64,000 nucleotides of DNA from a virus, in the IMG/VR virus record IMGVR_UViG_3300042315_000201. One strand, given 5' to 3'. The notes beneath the pieces were generated by a model. That model was not told where the DNA came from. It searched no databases and saw nothing but the letters and a program-made list of their open reading frames with translations. The translations under genes and the position numbers were made by a program. Positions 63,603 to 64,000 of this stretch are shown piece by piece; position 1 is the stretch's first letter; each line of letters opens with the position of its first letter.

Positions 63603-63791
63603 ATGAACAAAGAAAAAAAATCAATCAAGTTTTTAAAGAACAATTTTATTAAACTAAACGGTGTGCTATACACGCCATATCTTGTCGGTGATCTACCGTC
63701 AAAGTTCGGATTTATAACTAATGACGACGATCAAGACGGATATTCTGAGTGGTTCAATTTAAACGGTTTAACCTATATAATCAAAGACTAA
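63603..63791 (+). CDS. early hypothetical protein
   Basis: 62 aa downstream of a promoter motif. Confidence 0.65.
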   Translation: MNKEKKSIKFLKNNFIKLNGVLYTPYLVGDLPSKFGFITNDDDQDGYSEWFNLNGLTYIIKD

Positions 63792-64000
63792 TGATAGTAA
63801 TAGCGAACAATATGAAAGAAGCGTGTCAATATCTTGAAGAAAAGAAAGCACGTAACCGAGCAAACAGGATCAATGCAGTAAATACTGATGGCATGTGCAA
63901 ACAGTTTAATAGCGATGATTATAAGCAAGTCAAGACTAAGATGAAGTCTTCTTACGGGGCAAAAGCAAGTGCATTCAGTAGAACAAAATTATGGAATCAT
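63791..64000 (+). CDS. hypothetical protein, 3'-truncated by window edge
   Basis: TAATG coupling; frame stays open to the window end (MIVIANNMKEACQY...). Confidence 0.55.
   Translation, partial: MIVIANNMKEACQYLEEKKARNRANRINAVNTDGMCKQFNSDDYKQVKTKMKSSYGAKASAFSRTKLWNH

Noticed and set aside
1-64000. tRNA genes
   Set aside because: No cloverleaf with a T-loop GTTC(G/A)A and matching acceptor stem was found in intergenic gaps by eye; tRNAscan-SE would be decisive.
1-64000. Stop-codon reassignment as in some crAss-like phages
   Set aside because: Standard-code ORFs tile the window densely and conserved genes (terL, portal, capsid, nrdA, primase) are full length.
1-64000. Prophage integration module or host genes
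   Set aside because: No integrase, att-like flank or host housekeeping synteny; groEL/groES sit inside the phage late operon.

Overview
The window is a 64-kb segment of a tailed bacteriophage genome, most likely a podovirus-type phage of a Bacteroidota (Flavobacteria-like) host. Support for this: AT-rich DNA, A-rich start contexts without Shine-Dalgarno sites, and a crAss-like portal/capsid/tail-ring module; no virion RNA polymerase is recognisable. Plus-strand early and replication genes run from about 60300 to 64000 and from 1 to 14378: small ORFs, metallophosphoesterase, HTH protein, sigma factor, ERF recombinase, exonuclease, SSB, primase-helicase, thyA, MazG-like proteins, endonuclease I, nrdB and nrdA. 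Minus-strand late genes run from 59345 down to 14504: tail fibres/adhesins, lysis genes, GroEL and two GroES-like proteins, terminase, portal, capsid, tail rings and a 2992-aa polyvalent virion protein. The arms converge at a bidirectional terminator (about 14460) and diverge at an unusual non-coding GT-rich region (about 59600-60280). Most striking observations: (1) a ~520-nt extensively base-paired intergenic RNA between ssb and primase-helicase; (2) the 10-mer TGCTATACAC present at least 11 times exactly, both inside unrelated ORFs and beside promoters; (3) four 44-bp inverted-repeat elements with invariant 22-nt spacers, one overlapping the start codon of an HTH gene; (4) ten copies of a fixed-spacing early promoter-like motif; (5) sigma-region-2-like, PD-(D/E)xK, HAD and HExxH domains inside the giant virion protein. 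All family assignments come from motif recognition by eye; no database search was run.
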